Assembly (NCBI GenBank): GCA_963833985.1
Contig: CAWIAD010000002.1
Coordinates: 3,776,001 to 3,840,000, forward strand
Length of the DNA stretch: 64,000 nt
Direction of reading: 5' to 3'
Source of the DNA: an uncultured Planctomycetaceae bacterium
Lineage (GTDB): Bacteria > Planctomycetota > Planctomycetia > Isosphaerales > Isosphaeraceae
In this document: piece by piece, positions 53,403 through 63,843 of the stretch
Position numbering within the stretch: position 1 is the first letter of the stretch
Layout: the number at the start of each line of letters is the position of its first letter
Notes under the pieces: model-generated
What the model was told of the DNA's origin: nothing
Seen by the model: only the letters and a program-made list of their open reading frames with translations
The model's database searches: none
Program-made: the position numbers and the translations under genes

Positions 53403-54545
53403 TCAAAGTGCGGGACGTCCGGCGAGATACGCTCGCACAACCTGGACCGTGGCATTCTCCAGGAGCTCGGCAGCCCGTGCGATGGCCTCATCCAGGGAGA
53501 TCGGGCCGGGGCAAATGCTGAAGAAGGCGTCCACACCCTGGGCCAGGACCGCGTCGGCCCCCGGTCCGAGCGTCCCGGCAATGGCCAGCGTCGGGCATCC
53601 CAGGCTGCGCGCCAGCCGCGCGACGCCGACGGCCGTCTTGCCGAAAGCGCTCTGTGCATCGAGCGACCCCTCACCGGTGAGGCAGAGGTAGGAACTGCGA
53701 AGCCGCGCGCGGAGCTGCACGGCCTCGATCACGAGATCCACCCCTGGCTGAAGCTTGCCACCCGCGAAGGAGACAAGGCCTGCGCCCAGGCCTCCGGCGG
53801 CTCCCGCTCCCGGGAGGTCGCGAACCGAGACGCCCAGGTCGCGCCACACAATCCGGGCGAAGTGCTCGAGGTTGCGATCGAGCCGTTCGACGATCTCGGG
53901 CGTCGCTCCCTTCTGCGGTCCGTAGACGGCCGACGCCCCGTGTGCTCCGCACAGCGGGTTGGTCACGTCACAGGCGACGTAGATCGAAACCGAGCTCAGC
54001 AGGCGTGCGTCCGCGGGGGGCTCGATCCGATCCAGGCTGCCAAGCCCGCCTCCGCCCGGCTCAATCTCGCGGCCGTGAACGTCCAGGAGCCGGAAGCCGA
54101 GAGCCTGGCCCAGGCCCGCTCCGCCGTCGTTGGTGGCGCTGCCGCCGATCCCCACGATCACCCGCCGGGCGCCGGTCTCGAGCGCTTCGCGGAGGAGCTC
54201 GCCGGTTCCACGAGTCGTGGCACGCAGCGGATCGCGTGCGGTCACCGGAACCAGCCCGAGCCCGGAAGCGGAGGCCATTTCCAGGGCGGCGGTCCGGCCG
54301 TCGCCCAGCAGGCCGAAGGTGGCGCCGACAGGCTCCCCCAGCGGCCCGGTGACGGTGACCGCGCGAAAGCATCCACCCGTCGCCGCAACCAGCGCGGCGA
54401 CCGTCCCCTCGCCGCCGTCGGCCATGGGCACCCGGTCAAGCCGGGCGCGCGGGTCCACCCGGGCCACGCCGCGCGCCATCGCCTCGACCGCCTCCAGCGC
54501 CGTCAGGCTCCCCTTGAACTTATCCGGAGCAATCACGACCCGCAT
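53403..54545 (-). CDS. glxK: Glycerate kinase (GlxK/GarK family)
   Basis: IAPDKFKGSL, PMADGGEGT, GIGGSATNDGG, YGPQKGA and TGEGSLD.QS..GK motifs. Confidence 0.93.
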   Translation of the reverse strand: MRVVIAPDKFKGSLTALEAVEAMARGVARVDPRARLDRVPMADGGEGTVAALVAATGGCFRAVTVTGPLGEPVGATFGLLGDGRTAALEMASASGLGLVPVTARDPLRATTRGTGELLREALETGARRVIVGIGGSATNDGGAGLGQALGFRLLDVHGREIEPGGGGLGSLDRIEPPADARLLSSVSIYVACDVTNPLCGAHGASAVYGPQKGATPEIVERLDRNLEHFARIVWRDLGVSVRDLPGAGAAGGLGAGLVSFAGGKLQPGVDLVIEAVQLRARLRSSYLCLTGEGSLDAQSAFGKTAVGVARLARSLGCPTLAIAGTLGPGADAVLAQGVDAFFSICPGPISLDEAIARAAELLENATVQVVRAYLAGRPAL

Positions 54546-54850
54546 CGAGACCGGCCTCAAGAACTTCTGAGCGCGCACTCCACGCCGGAAAACACGCCGG
54601 CGTCTCATGTTAACATACAGGTGGCGGGGCAGCGGTTCCAACCCGCAGACGGGGACCGGCCCACGGTGGGTGGACTGGTACCGGCCCGTACACCCGGACC
54701 TGCGGCACCCGGGCGGAGGATTTCTGGAGCTGGTGGTGTTGCGTCACGGTTGCGACGTTCTAGGTTCTAGGATGAATGGGTCCGGAGCGCGGGAGAGTCG
54801 TGTGTCCACGGGATGAACGGCGGCTTCGGGATCCAGTGAATGTGGGAGTC

Positions 54851-56371
54851 ATGACGATGGATGCGCCGGTCCGCATGGTCTGTGGCGGTTGCTTGCGGAG
54901 CGTGGAGGTCTCAGTCGGGGCAGCCGGTGAATTCTCCAACGTGTGCCCCCACTGCGGCCGCGATATTGAGAGCAGGCAGGGCAGCACACTGACGGCATCG
55001 GCCGTTGCGGACGCGATGGAGGGACTGCTCGAAGCGGAGCCGAGCGCCGCGGACGGACCGGCCGGCTGGACGCAGACCTGGTGCCGGGGGTCGCTCGGTT
55101 CTCTGGGGCGGTTCCAGTTGCGAGAACGGCTGGGCGACGGCGGGTTCGGACAGGTGTACCTGGCGTTCGACCCCAGGCTCGATCGCGACGTGGCGCTCAA
55201 GGTGCTCAAGCAAGCCAACCCGAATGAGCGGGTCATGGAGCGGTTTTTCCGCGAGGCCAGGGCGGCGGCGCGGCTGGACCACCCCAACATCGTGGCCGTG
55301 CATGACGCCGGGTTCGATGCCGGACGCTGCTGGGTCGCGTTCCATTTCGTCAGCGGCCGGCCCCTGGGCTGGTATCGCGAACAGCACCGCCTTGACCCGC
55401 CGACGGCCGCCCGCATCCTGCGCGACCTGGCCGACGCGGTCGACCATGCCCACCACCAGGGAGTCCTCCACCGCGACATCAAGCCGGCCAACGTCCTGAT
55501 CGATGACCTGGGCCGTCCGCGGCTGATCGATTTCGGACTGGCCCGGCGCTCCGACCTGGATTCCAGCCTGACGCACGATGGGGCGGTCGTGGGCACCCCG
55601 GCCTACATGAGCCCTGAGCAGGCCCTGGGCTTCAGCCGGCAGGTCGACGAGCGGAGTGACGTCTTCAGTCTGGGCGTGATCTTCTTCGAGGTTCTGAGCG
55701 GCCAGCGGCCCTATCCATGTCCCACGGCGAGCGGCATGGCGGAGGGATCCGGCGAACCGGTTCCCGTTCCCGGCAAATGTCCGCCGCCCCCTTCGGTCCG
55801 GGTCCTTCAGCCGGCGGTTCCCGGCGCGCTCGACCGCATCTGCATGCGCGCCATCGCCCGGGACCCCAAGGACCGTTACGCTTCGGCCCGAGCGCTCGCC
55901 GACGACCTGGACCGGTGGCTGCTCCGGCACAGGCTGGGCCGGGTGCGGCTCTCCATCCCGGTGACCACGATGATCCTCGGGCTGGCGGCCGCCCTGCTCC
56001 TGGTCATCGGCGTCCGCACCGCTCTGGGGCCGCGGTACGAGGCTCCCCGATCGGCAGAGCAAGCCGTTCAGACCGCCGTGGAGAACGTGGCTCCGGCCCC
56101 GGCACTGGAACCGGCTCCGGCACTGGAACCGGCCCGGGCGGCACCGCGCACGCGTTCCAGCCAGGCCAATCCCCAGGCCACCCAGCTCATCGGCAACCCC
56201 AGCAAGGGCCGCTATCACCTTTCCACGTGCGCCGATATCCAGTTCATGAACCCCTCCAACAAGGTGCTGCTGCGCGATGCCGAGGAGGCACGCCGGGAGG
56301 GGCTCCAGCCTTGTGCCCATTGCCGGCCTCCCGTCTCGACCGAAGAATCGGGCGCTCCAGGAGACCCCTGA
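54851..56371 (+). CDS. Ser/Thr kinase with N-terminal Zn ribbon, TM helix and C-terminal Ada-like metal-binding domain
   Basis: CGGC..CPHC; GDGGFG, VALK, HRDIKPAN, DFG, GTPAYMSPE; TM helix MILGLAAALLLVIGV; GNPSKGRYHLSTC...EEARREGLQPCAHC. Confidence 0.88.
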   Translation: MTMDAPVRMVCGGCLRSVEVSVGAAGEFSNVCPHCGRDIESRQGSTLTASAVADAMEGLLEAEPSAADGPAGWTQTWCRGSLGSLGRFQLRERLGDGGFGQVYLAFDPRLDRDVALKVLKQANPNERVMERFFREARAAARLDHPNIVAVHDAGFDAGRCWVAFHFVSGRPLGWYREQHRLDPPTAARILRDLADAVDHAHHQGVLHRDIKPANVLIDDLGRPRLIDFGLARRSDLDSSLTHDGAVVGTPAYMSPEQALGFSRQVDERSDVFSLGVIFFEVLSGQRPYPCPTASGMAEGSGEPVPVPGKCPPPPSVRVLQPAVPGALDRICMRAIARDPKDRYASARALADDLDRWLLRHRLGRVRLSIPVTTMILGLAAALLLVIGVRTALGPRYEAPRSAEQAVQTAVENVAPAPALEPAPALEPARAAPRTRSSQANPQATQLIGNPSKGRYHLSTCADIQFMNPSNKVLLRDAEEARREGLQPCAHCRPPVSTEESGAPGDP

Positions 56372-56457
56372 GCCGAAGCTTGTCGGGGAAAACGGATCGG
56401 CCGTACAATGAGCCCGTGCCTCGAGCCAGTCACTCCACTCGACGACGGGAGCCAGCA

Positions 56458-57405
56458 ATGTCCCAGGAGCCTTCCCTGACCGCACCCCCAATCGATCCGT
56501 CGCGCCGCACCCTCGGGCCGACGCCGCGGCCGGCGGAGCCAAGGCAAGGGCAGGGGCAAGGGCACGGACCGCGCCCGGGTCCTGCCGCGGAGGTACCCGC
56601 GAGCCTGGTCCCCGAGACCGGCTGGCATTTCCTGCACCTGTTCTACCGGGTCGACCGGCAGCGGCTGCGCGACTTCTCCGAGGAAGAAACGCAGGCCGGC
56701 CGCAAGGAGCTCATCGAGGCTCTCGGGACACGAATTCCCGGAGCGCTGGAGCAGCTTCAGTGCTTCGCGATTCCCGGGCACAAGGCCGATTTCGGGGTGA
56801 TGATGGCGGGGCCGGACCTCAGGCTCCTGCACGGCGTGCAGACGGCCTTGCAGGCCTCGACACTTGGCCCTGCGCTTGTGCCGGTGTACTCGTTCTACTC
56901 GATCACCGAGGTCTCCGAATACGTTCCCGACGCCGAGGAGTATGGGCGGATCCTGCGCGAGCGCGAGCAGATGGACCCGGAGAGCAGCCTGTACAGGGCC
57001 AAGGTCGACGCCTACGCCGAGCGCCTCGTGCCCATGAATCGGCAGCGGCTTTATCCCGATTTTCCCGACTGGCCCTGCCTCTGCTTCTACCCCATGAGCA
57101 AGATGCGCCAGCACGACCAGAACTGGTACTTGCTGCCGTTCGAGTCACGGTCGGAGCTGATGTCCCAGCACGGCCGGAGCGGCATGAAGTTCGCCGGCCG
57201 CGTCACGCAGGTGATCACCGCGTCCACCGGTCTGGACAACTGGGAGTGGGGCGTGACGCTCTGGGCGCGCAATCCGCAGTTCCTCAAGGACATCGTTTAC
57301 ACGATGCGATTCGACGAGAGCTCGGCGCGGTATGCCCTCTTCGGCGAGTTCTACTTCGGCTACATCCTGCCGCCTGCCGAGCTCTTCGAGGCGATCCGGC
57401 TGTGA
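56458..57405 (+). CDS. hemQ: Coproheme decarboxylase (HemQ/ChdC, chlorite dismutase family)
   Basis: GWHFLHLFY, GHKADFG, SITEVSEY, CFYPMSK.R, NWYLLP..R..LM..HG, STGLDNWEWGVTL and MRFDESSARY motifs. Confidence 0.88.
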   Translation: MSQEPSLTAPPIDPSRRTLGPTPRPAEPRQGQGQGHGPRPGPAAEVPASLVPETGWHFLHLFYRVDRQRLRDFSEEETQAGRKELIEALGTRIPGALEQLQCFAIPGHKADFGVMMAGPDLRLLHGVQTALQASTLGPALVPVYSFYSITEVSEYVPDAEEYGRILREREQMDPESSLYRAKVDAYAERLVPMNRQRLYPDFPDWPCLCFYPMSKMRQHDQNWYLLPFESRSELMSQHGRSGMKFAGRVTQVITASTGLDNWEWGVTLWARNPQFLKDIVYTMRFDESSARYALFGEFYFGYILPPAELFEAIRL

Positions 57406-58009
57406 ACCTCCAGGAAACGGGGCGACGCGAGCCGGCCGAGCTGGTGCTGGCGAGCACCTCGGCCTATCGCCGGGAACTGCTGGCGCGGCTGGGCCTTCCG
57501 TTTCGTTGCGCTGCACCTCGGTTCGACGAGGACTCGATGGCCAGGGCCGGCAGGTCGCCCCGCGCCTCGCCGAGGCACTGGCGGAAGCCAAGGCGGCCAG
57601 CATCGAGGTTCTGGAGCCGGGGGCCGTCGTCGTGGGTTGCGACCAGCTCGCCGCCCTGGATGGCCGGATCCTCGGCAAGCCCGGAACCCTTGAAAAGGCC
57701 GCAGCCCAGCTCGAGGCCCTCGCCGGCCGCACCCATGAGCTGATCACGGCACTGGTCGTGCTGCATGCGGGGCAGGTGCTCCGCCACACCGACGTCACGA
57801 GGCTGCACATGCGGCCGCTGACACGCCTGGAGATCGAACGCTACCTGGCGCACGACCGCCCGATCGACTGCGCGGGAAGCTACAAGCTGGAGCAGAGAGG
57901 GATCGTCCTCTTCGAGAACATCGAAAGCGCGGATCACTCGGCGATTACCGGCCTTCCCCTCATTCGACTGACGAGCATGCTGCGCGGCCTTGGCTTTCCC
58001 GTACCATGA
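57402..58009 (+). CDS. maf: Maf-family nucleotide pyrophosphatase, YceF-type (frameshift at about 57565)
   Basis: LVLASTSAYRRELL, GCDQ, ILGKPG, DCAGSYKLE and ITGLPL motifs. Confidence 0.88.
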
Positions 58010-58455
58010 ACGAACGAGAGCCTCTGGATGCCGGCGCCGCCGCCCGGTTCACGGCTCGTCGTCTTCTCCGGGGGTGCGGCGCGCAGGCCGAGCACGCGCT
58101 CGATGGCGCGCACCAGCTTCTCCATGGCGAATGGTTTGCGGATGTAGTCGCGAACGCCGAGCATCTCGGCATACGCGCGATGCCGGCTTCCCTCATTGCC
58201 GGTGATCATGATCGTGGGAATGAGACCGCCCGGGCGGCTCTTGAGCTTTTCGAGGACCAGGAATCCGCTCTTCTTGGGCATCATCATGTCGAGGATGAGC
58301 AGATCGGGATTCTCCCGTTCGGCCACCATCAAGCCGGAATTGCCGTCGCGCGCCACAAGGATTCGGTAGCCTTTGTTCTCGAGCACGGTGCGCATGGATT
58401 CGACAATCTCGTGATCGTCATCGACCAGGAGGATAGTCTTTGAGTGAGGAGGCAT
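57934..58455 (-). CDS. Single-domain response regulator (REC)
   Basis: ILLVDDD, DLLILDMMMPKKSG, MITG and KPF motifs. The true stop may be near 58050 if the G-run there contains an indel. Confidence 0.88.
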   Translation of the reverse strand: MPPHSKTILLVDDDHEIVESMRTVLENKGYRILVARDGNSGLMVAERENPDLLILDMMMPKKSGFLVLEKLKSRPGGLIPTIMITGNEGSRHRAYAEMLGVRDYIRKPFAMEKLVRAIERVLGLRAAPPEKTTSREPGGGAGIQRLSFVHGTGKPRPRSMLVSRMRGRPVIAE

Positions 58456-59113
58456 GGCGTGGTTCCCTGAGGCCGCGGTTCGCAATGGAAATGCTTGCGG
58501 ACAACCAAAACTTCATCGTATGTTCTTGGCCCGCGGCGAGCAAGGGGGCCTCGTTCCAGGCTCAGGATCGATCGGGAGCGACCATCTCAGCCAGCGCGAG
58601 AGTGCCAGCGGGCTGTCGCGCCGCGGATGAGGTTCACGAACTCGCGGCGATGATGAGGCATTCTGGACCGGCGCGACGGCTTCCCCCGGCCCCCAACCAC
58701 GCGGGAACCTGGAGAGCCTCGCACCCAACTTGTCTGCCGCCGGGCGCCTGCCCGGACGAGCCTGGCAGTCACGAAGATTCGTTTCGCGCAGGCGCGTCAC
58801 CCGGATGATCGTGCCGCCGGACCCGCCATGCACCTGGGAAGACGCCGATCACGGAGCTGCTGGCCGGGAGGTGCCGCGGCCAGTTCCCACTCAGCGGGGA
58901 GGTCGTCTCAATCTGGAAATTCGACGAGGCGTGGCAGCCCCGGCGCGGGCGATTGCGTGCGCGGAACAAGCTTGCCCTCTTCCACGCCCCGGGGCCACGC
59001 TGCATAATACGTATTGATGAATTGTGCTGGCAGTGCGAGCAGGGTCGTGAGCGGGCGAAGCAACTTGGTGCCGGCGAGTTTTCCGGGGCCGGAAGAGAAA
59101 GGAATGGGGTGCG

Positions 59114-60226
59114 ATGAGAGCTTGGATCCATTGGTCGGCAAGCCTCGGCCTCGCCGTGTCTTGCGTGGTGTTCACGGGTTGCGGAGGGAGTGACGTTCCC
59201 GATCCGGGGTCGGACAGCCAGGCTGCCAGCGATGCGGTGCCTGAATCGGGTGGCGCACCGGCTCCCGCACCGGCGGTGGCAGCACCCGCGCCGGCTGTGG
59301 CCCAGAGGCCGGCCCCGGCCGCTCCAGCGGCCAAGGAAGCGGCGGCGGATGAGCCAACTTCGTCCGAGGCCGCGCCGGCGGCGAAGGCGGAAGGCGGTTC
59401 CGCGACCGCCGAGATGCTGGCGATGGCGACCGGCGGGCCGCAGCCTGCTGGGGGTGGAGCGCAAGCACCGGCGGCCGGAGGAAGTACCCCCCCGGCGTCG
59501 CCCCCTGGCGCGGCCGCGCCTCCCGCTCAGGCACCTCAACCCGGCGGCGGAACAGGTTCCACCCCTCCCGGTGCGGCCGGGCAGGGGGGAATGGCCGGTT
59601 ATGCTGAATCCATGCGATCACAGAGTAGCGGAGGGGGCGGCATGAACAGCTATGCCGACGCCATGCGCTCCCGGGGCGCCGGCTCAGGATCTGGCTACCC
59701 GACGGCTCCTGGCGGGGCAGGCGTGCGCTCCGGCGGCGCGCCCACCGCGGCCGGGGCCGGGGCCATGGGCGGGGCAGGCGGGGCAGGCGGGGCAGGTGAT
59801 GTGAGCAAACCAGGCGATACGCGTACGCCCCGGGGCGCCGTCCAAGCCTTTCTGAACGCTCTGAAAGCCAAGGACCGGGATCGCCTGGCCGAAGCCACGG
59901 CCTTACGGTCGCAGACCGAGGCAAGCAGCGAGAAGTCCAAGGAACTCTTCGCCAAGATCGTCGACTCCAGTATCTCGGATGCCGAGCTCGACGAACTGGC
60001 CAAGCGGTTCGACGGCTACAAGATTGGCGGCGAAAACGCGGTCCATAGTACCGGCCGCCTCGGGATTTATGTTGACAAACGCAGCGAAGAGGGAAGCACC
60101 CTCCGCGTCACGCTGATGGTGCGCAAGGAGAAAAAGGGCTGGGGAGTCGTGGATATCGGCCACTCTTACGAATTCAAGCCCATGGGAATGGCGCGGCGGA
60201 AACCGGCGGCCAAGCCTGGCAATTGA
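59114..60226 (+). CDS. Putative lipoprotein with long low-complexity linker and C-terminal globular domain
   Basis: Lipobox-like VFTG-C, Ala/Pro/Gly-rich middle, and TPRGAVQAFLNAL...WGVVD domain. Confidence 0.75.
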   Translation: MRAWIHWSASLGLAVSCVVFTGCGGSDVPDPGSDSQAASDAVPESGGAPAPAPAVAAPAPAVAQRPAPAAPAAKEAAADEPTSSEAAPAAKAEGGSATAEMLAMATGGPQPAGGGAQAPAAGGSTPPASPPGAAAPPAQAPQPGGGTGSTPPGAAGQGGMAGYAESMRSQSSGGGGMNSYADAMRSRGAGSGSGYPTAPGGAGVRSGGAPTAAGAGAMGGAGGAGGAGDVSKPGDTRTPRGAVQAFLNALKAKDRDRLAEATALRSQTEASSEKSKELFAKIVDSSISDAELDELAKRFDGYKIGGENAVHSTGRLGIYVDKRSEEGSTLRVTLMVRKEKKGWGVVDIGHSYEFKPMGMARRKPAAKPGN

Positions 60227-60283
60227 CCGATCCCAGGTGCCGGATCTCAAGCCGGCACGGCATTTTGAAAGAACGTCCTCTGT

Positions 60284-60331
60284 AAAAACTCCAAGCCGCC
60301 CCGAAAAAAATGGGCGGCGCGGAGTTTTTTT
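60284..60331 (+). terminator. Long-stem intrinsic terminator
   Basis: AAAAACTCC-AA-GCCGCCC-loop-GGGCGGC-GC-GGAGTTTTTTT. Confidence 0.65.
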
Positions 60332-60505
60332 CTCAAGTTTTCGCCTTGAACGGCCGGCCCAGGAGTCGACTTCGGCCGGTTTGCGGGTTTGGTACGGGGG
60401 ATGCTACTTGTAGATGCCGTTCGCCGGCGCAGCGACCTCGCCTGATCGCGACGCCGTCACCATCGTTCTTCCCACGCAGGAACCAAGGAAGGAGCCTGTC
60501 TGGCC

Positions 60506-60820
60506 ATGTTCTCATCCCGGATCGATCTCTGCGCGGTGCTCGAGGTACTCGTGGTCTTCTTCCAGGTGTGCGGCATCATGGGCCTCTGCCTGAGCCGGCT
60601 CATGCCGCGGTCGGCCTGGTCGTATCGCGGCAAGATCGGCTTCATCGTCGCGCTTTTCGGGCTCGGCATCGCCGGCGCGCTCTGCGGCCGGCACGACTCG
60701 GAGTTTGCCCTCTTCGCCGGTGGAACCATGACGGTTCTCCTCATCGGCATGACCATGGGACGCAGCGTGATCGACGCAACCGAACCGCCCCCCGCCTGCA
60801 TGCAAGGGAAGGCCGCATAG
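60506..60820 (+). CDS. Small three-TM membrane protein
   Basis: Three hydrophobic helices. AGGAG upstream and a terminator downstream. Confidence 0.7.
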   Translation: MFSSRIDLCAVLEVLVVFFQVCGIMGLCLSRLMPRSAWSYRGKIGFIVALFGLGIAGALCGRHDSEFALFAGGTMTVLLIGMTMGRSVIDATEPPPACMQGKAA

Positions 60821-60875
60821 ATTGTCTGCGACTGACTTGCCGACGTAAGTGCCCGTGACACATGAGGCTGAATCC

Positions 60876-60905
60876 ATCGGGGTGAAAACACCCCGATTTT
60901 TTTTT
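60876..60905 (+). terminator. Intrinsic terminator
   Basis: ATCGGGGTG-AAAA-CACCCCGAT followed by a T-run. Confidence 0.8.
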
Positions 60906-61203
60906 GCCCGCGATTTGACGGCCCCCAAAACGCGCGCCATAGTTTCGCGACGTCATTGACGCAGCGGACTGCCGCGCCAGCGCTCCTGCCACCTTGCCGC
61001 ACATCTCGGAGCAGTTGGTCCCTGCGCGACACGTCTCGCAATGGTCGCGAGTTCCGGCCGGATTCTTTCCGCGGTTCCCGCCCGGCATTGTGAGACATTC
61101 ATCGACCGTCACGACGGACCATACTCCGACCCGAACGACGCGTCCCGCTCGCCGTTCGTCCTGAGGTCGAGTCGGATTTCTGCGGGAGAAGGAATACCCA
61201 AAG

Positions 61204-61965
61204 ATGGTTGGACTGAAACGGATTTCAACCGTGGTCGGTCTTCTGGCCGTGACGGCCTCGGCGGCACTGGCCCAGGAGACCGTCGTCAATCCGAACCAGA
61301 CAACGGCCAACTCGGTGGCCAGCGCGCTGCTGGAGAGCCGAACCCTGTCCGGTTCGCGGATCGAGATCGAGGCGCAAGGCGGGCTGGTCACGCTCAACGG
61401 CCAGCTTTCCTCTCCCACACTCAAGGCCGAGGCGGTTGCGCGTGCTCGCAACGTTGCCGGAGTCCAGGGTGTGGTCGACCGTCTCCAGGTGGCCGATCGG
61501 ACCGTTCGCCCTGCCCAGTACCAGCCCCAGCTGGCCCTCGGCCATGGCCACAACCGCTACACCGACGGTGGCATGATCACGGAAGGCACGCCGGTGGGCT
61601 CCACCGGAACGATGGGTGCTCCGGTGAGCGGAGGCTCCGCGGGCGGGTTCGTGAGCGACGGAGGCCCACTCCCCGAAGGTCCGGCCGGCGGCGGTGCTGG
61701 CGGCGCAGGAGCCATGCAAGGCAATCCCAACTATGCCTGGCCGAGCTATGCTCCTTACCCCAACTTCTCCGCGGTGGGCTACCCGACTGCTTACCCCTGG
61801 CAAGCCTGGCCCAACATCGGACCGTTCTACCCCTACCCCGAAGTGCCGCAGGACTGGCGTGCCGTGACCCTGCGGTGGGATGACGGCATCTGGTGGCTCG
61901 ACTTCAAGAAGAACTACACCCGGCCGTTCTTCGTTCCGTATCCCTTTGGTATCTTCGCCTACTGA
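61204..61965 (+). CDS. Exported BON-domain protein with Pro/aromatic-rich C-terminus
   Basis: Signal peptide; IEIEAQGGLVTLNG..ARNVAGVQGVVDRLQV; YAWPSYAPYPN...RWDDGIWWLDF. Confidence 0.85.
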   Translation: MVGLKRISTVVGLLAVTASAALAQETVVNPNQTTANSVASALLESRTLSGSRIEIEAQGGLVTLNGQLSSPTLKAEAVARARNVAGVQGVVDRLQVADRTVRPAQYQPQLALGHGHNRYTDGGMITEGTPVGSTGTMGAPVSGGSAGGFVSDGGPLPEGPAGGGAGGAGAMQGNPNYAWPSYAPYPNFSAVGYPTAYPWQAWPNIGPFYPYPEVPQDWRAVTLRWDDGIWWLDFKKNYTRPFFVPYPFGIFAY

Positions 61966-62205
61966 GCTGAGCCAACGTGCTGAGGCCATCCGAGCCAGGG
62001 CGGCCTTCCTCCACCTGACGACGCAGCATGCAGCCGGTCCGGGGATTCCCGGCCGGCTGCCTGTTTTCCCGCCCGGCCCCGTCGCCGGAGTGCCCGTCTG
62101 CCTGCCTTGCGTGCAGAGACTCCGGGACCCAACGGCAGCAAGTGAGGTACAATCGCTTCTGAATCGCGTGCTTCCGCCATGCCCCACCTGGAGAGAGCCA
62201 CAGGA

Positions 62206-63674
62206 ATGATAAGCATGTGGAATCACGCGCGGTGGTACGTGCGTGAAGTGCTGGCCGCGGTGCTGTTCTTGCTGGCCGCGGGAATCGGCCTGTCGCTCTA
62301 CTACTCGCAGCGTCCGTCGTTCCGGAAAGAGCTGCTCATCACCGGCGGAAGCGCCGGCGGCTCGCGCGCTCAGATTGCCTTGTGCCTGGCCAGAGTGGCC
62401 AGGGTTGACGGGCTCAGGCTCAGGGTTGTAGATTGCGAGGGCTCCAAGCAGGCGCTCGAGTGGCTCGACCGTGGCCAGCTGGACCTGGCGCTGGTGCAAG
62501 GTGGTCTTGACCCGGAAGCCTATCCACATGTTCGCCAGGTGGCGGCACTTCATGTCGAGCCGCTCCATCTGCTCGTGAAGCCGGCACGGTATCAATCCAC
62601 GCGCGAACATCTGGCGAGTCTGCGAGGAGCCATGGTCAATCTCAGCACCCCGGAGAGCGGCACTCATGATCTGGCTCTCGAGGTGCTCAGGTTCGCCGGG
62701 CTCCGGCCGCGCATGCCTGATGGCACGGGGGACTTCGCCGTCTCCAGCTTGAGCTATCAAGAGATCCGCGAGCAAGCCGACCCGGGCAAGCTCCCGGATG
62801 CGGTCTTCACGGTGTCGGACCTGCCTTCTCCGGTGGCCCATCTTCTGGTCTCCAGACACCACTTCCAGCTTGTGCCTTTGCCTTTTGGTGAAGCCTTCGC
62901 CCTGGGTAATTTCGGAGATCGGCAGCGGGAGCGCATGGGCGATGACGTCGCCGACATCACGCGGTTCACGATCTACCCGACCGTGATTCCACCGTTCACC
63001 TACGGGATCGATGCTCCCTGTCCGGCGGAGCCGCTGGCCACTTTCGGACCGCGGCTCCTGCTCGTCGCGCAGCAGTCAGTTCCCCCCCACGCTGTGCGGC
63101 TGGTGCTGGAAACGCTTCTCTCCAGCAGGTTCGCGCCGTATTACCACCCGATCCTGGATCCCAGCCTGCTGGACGCCCCGCCCGAGTATCCCTGGCATGC
63201 CGGGACAGACGAGTATCGTCAGTACCACAAGCCCGTGCTTGCCGGTGAGGTGGTCGACTTGATGGAAAAGGCCACCAGCCTCACCGGAGCCGTTCTGGCG
63301 CTCTTTTCTTCCTGTGGCAGTGGCTCCGCCAGTACGTGCGCCGCAAGCGGGAGCTGGGCTTCGAGTCGTACATGCTGAAGGTGGCCGAGATCGAGCAGAA
63401 AGCACTCGCGCTCGAAGTGCAGTCGATGCTCAACCTGAAGGAGCTGCTCGAGCTCCAGCTCGAGCTCGGCCGGATCAAGAACGAGGCAATTTCCCGGTTC
63501 GCCTCCGGCAAGCTGGAAGGCGAGGCATTGATCTCGGGTTTTGTCACGCATGTGAATGACGCCCGAAGCCATCTTACCCGGTTGATCCTGCACGAGCGTG
63601 ACAACCTGGAGACGCGGGCCCAATCGCAGCAGCGACCCGCGCAGGAGCTGTGGACGGAAACGCTGCGCCAGTGA
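62206..63674 (+). CDS. TAXI-family solute-binding protein with C-terminal TM and coiled region (frameshift at about 63300)
   Basis: GS..AL..L..GQLDLALVQGG, LHVEPLHLL, SGT and PWHAG motifs. Continues as LFFLWQWLRQ.. into 63336..63674. Confidence 0.8.
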
Positions 63675-63843
63675 GCTGCCCGGGACCATGGCCCTCTCGG
63701 CAAAGCTCCGGGACCGTCGAGCGCCGCTCGCTTTTCAACCGGAGTGCTTGCTGAAGCCTGAGCCAGCGATCAAACTGGATGCGGATCGCCGGTTCGATGC
63801 ATGCCAGAGCACGGAAGAACTGGCGGCCAGAGGAGCCAGGGGC

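Noticed and set aside
56089..56135. 18-bp tandem repeat (PAPALE twice)
   Set aside because: A simple linker duplication with no further structure.
55717..56457. N-terminal extension of the 562-aa HemQ ORF
   Set aside because: It overlaps the kinase gene in another frame. The start is better placed at MSQEP (56458).
58456..59113. Possible ncRNA or small gene in the 650-bp divergent spacer
   Set aside because: No recognisable tRNA, riboswitch or coding motif. The short ORFs here look random.
60250..60270. Sigma54-like site GGCACGGCATTTTG
   Set aside because: It lacks the GC dinucleotide at the required 10-nt spacing.
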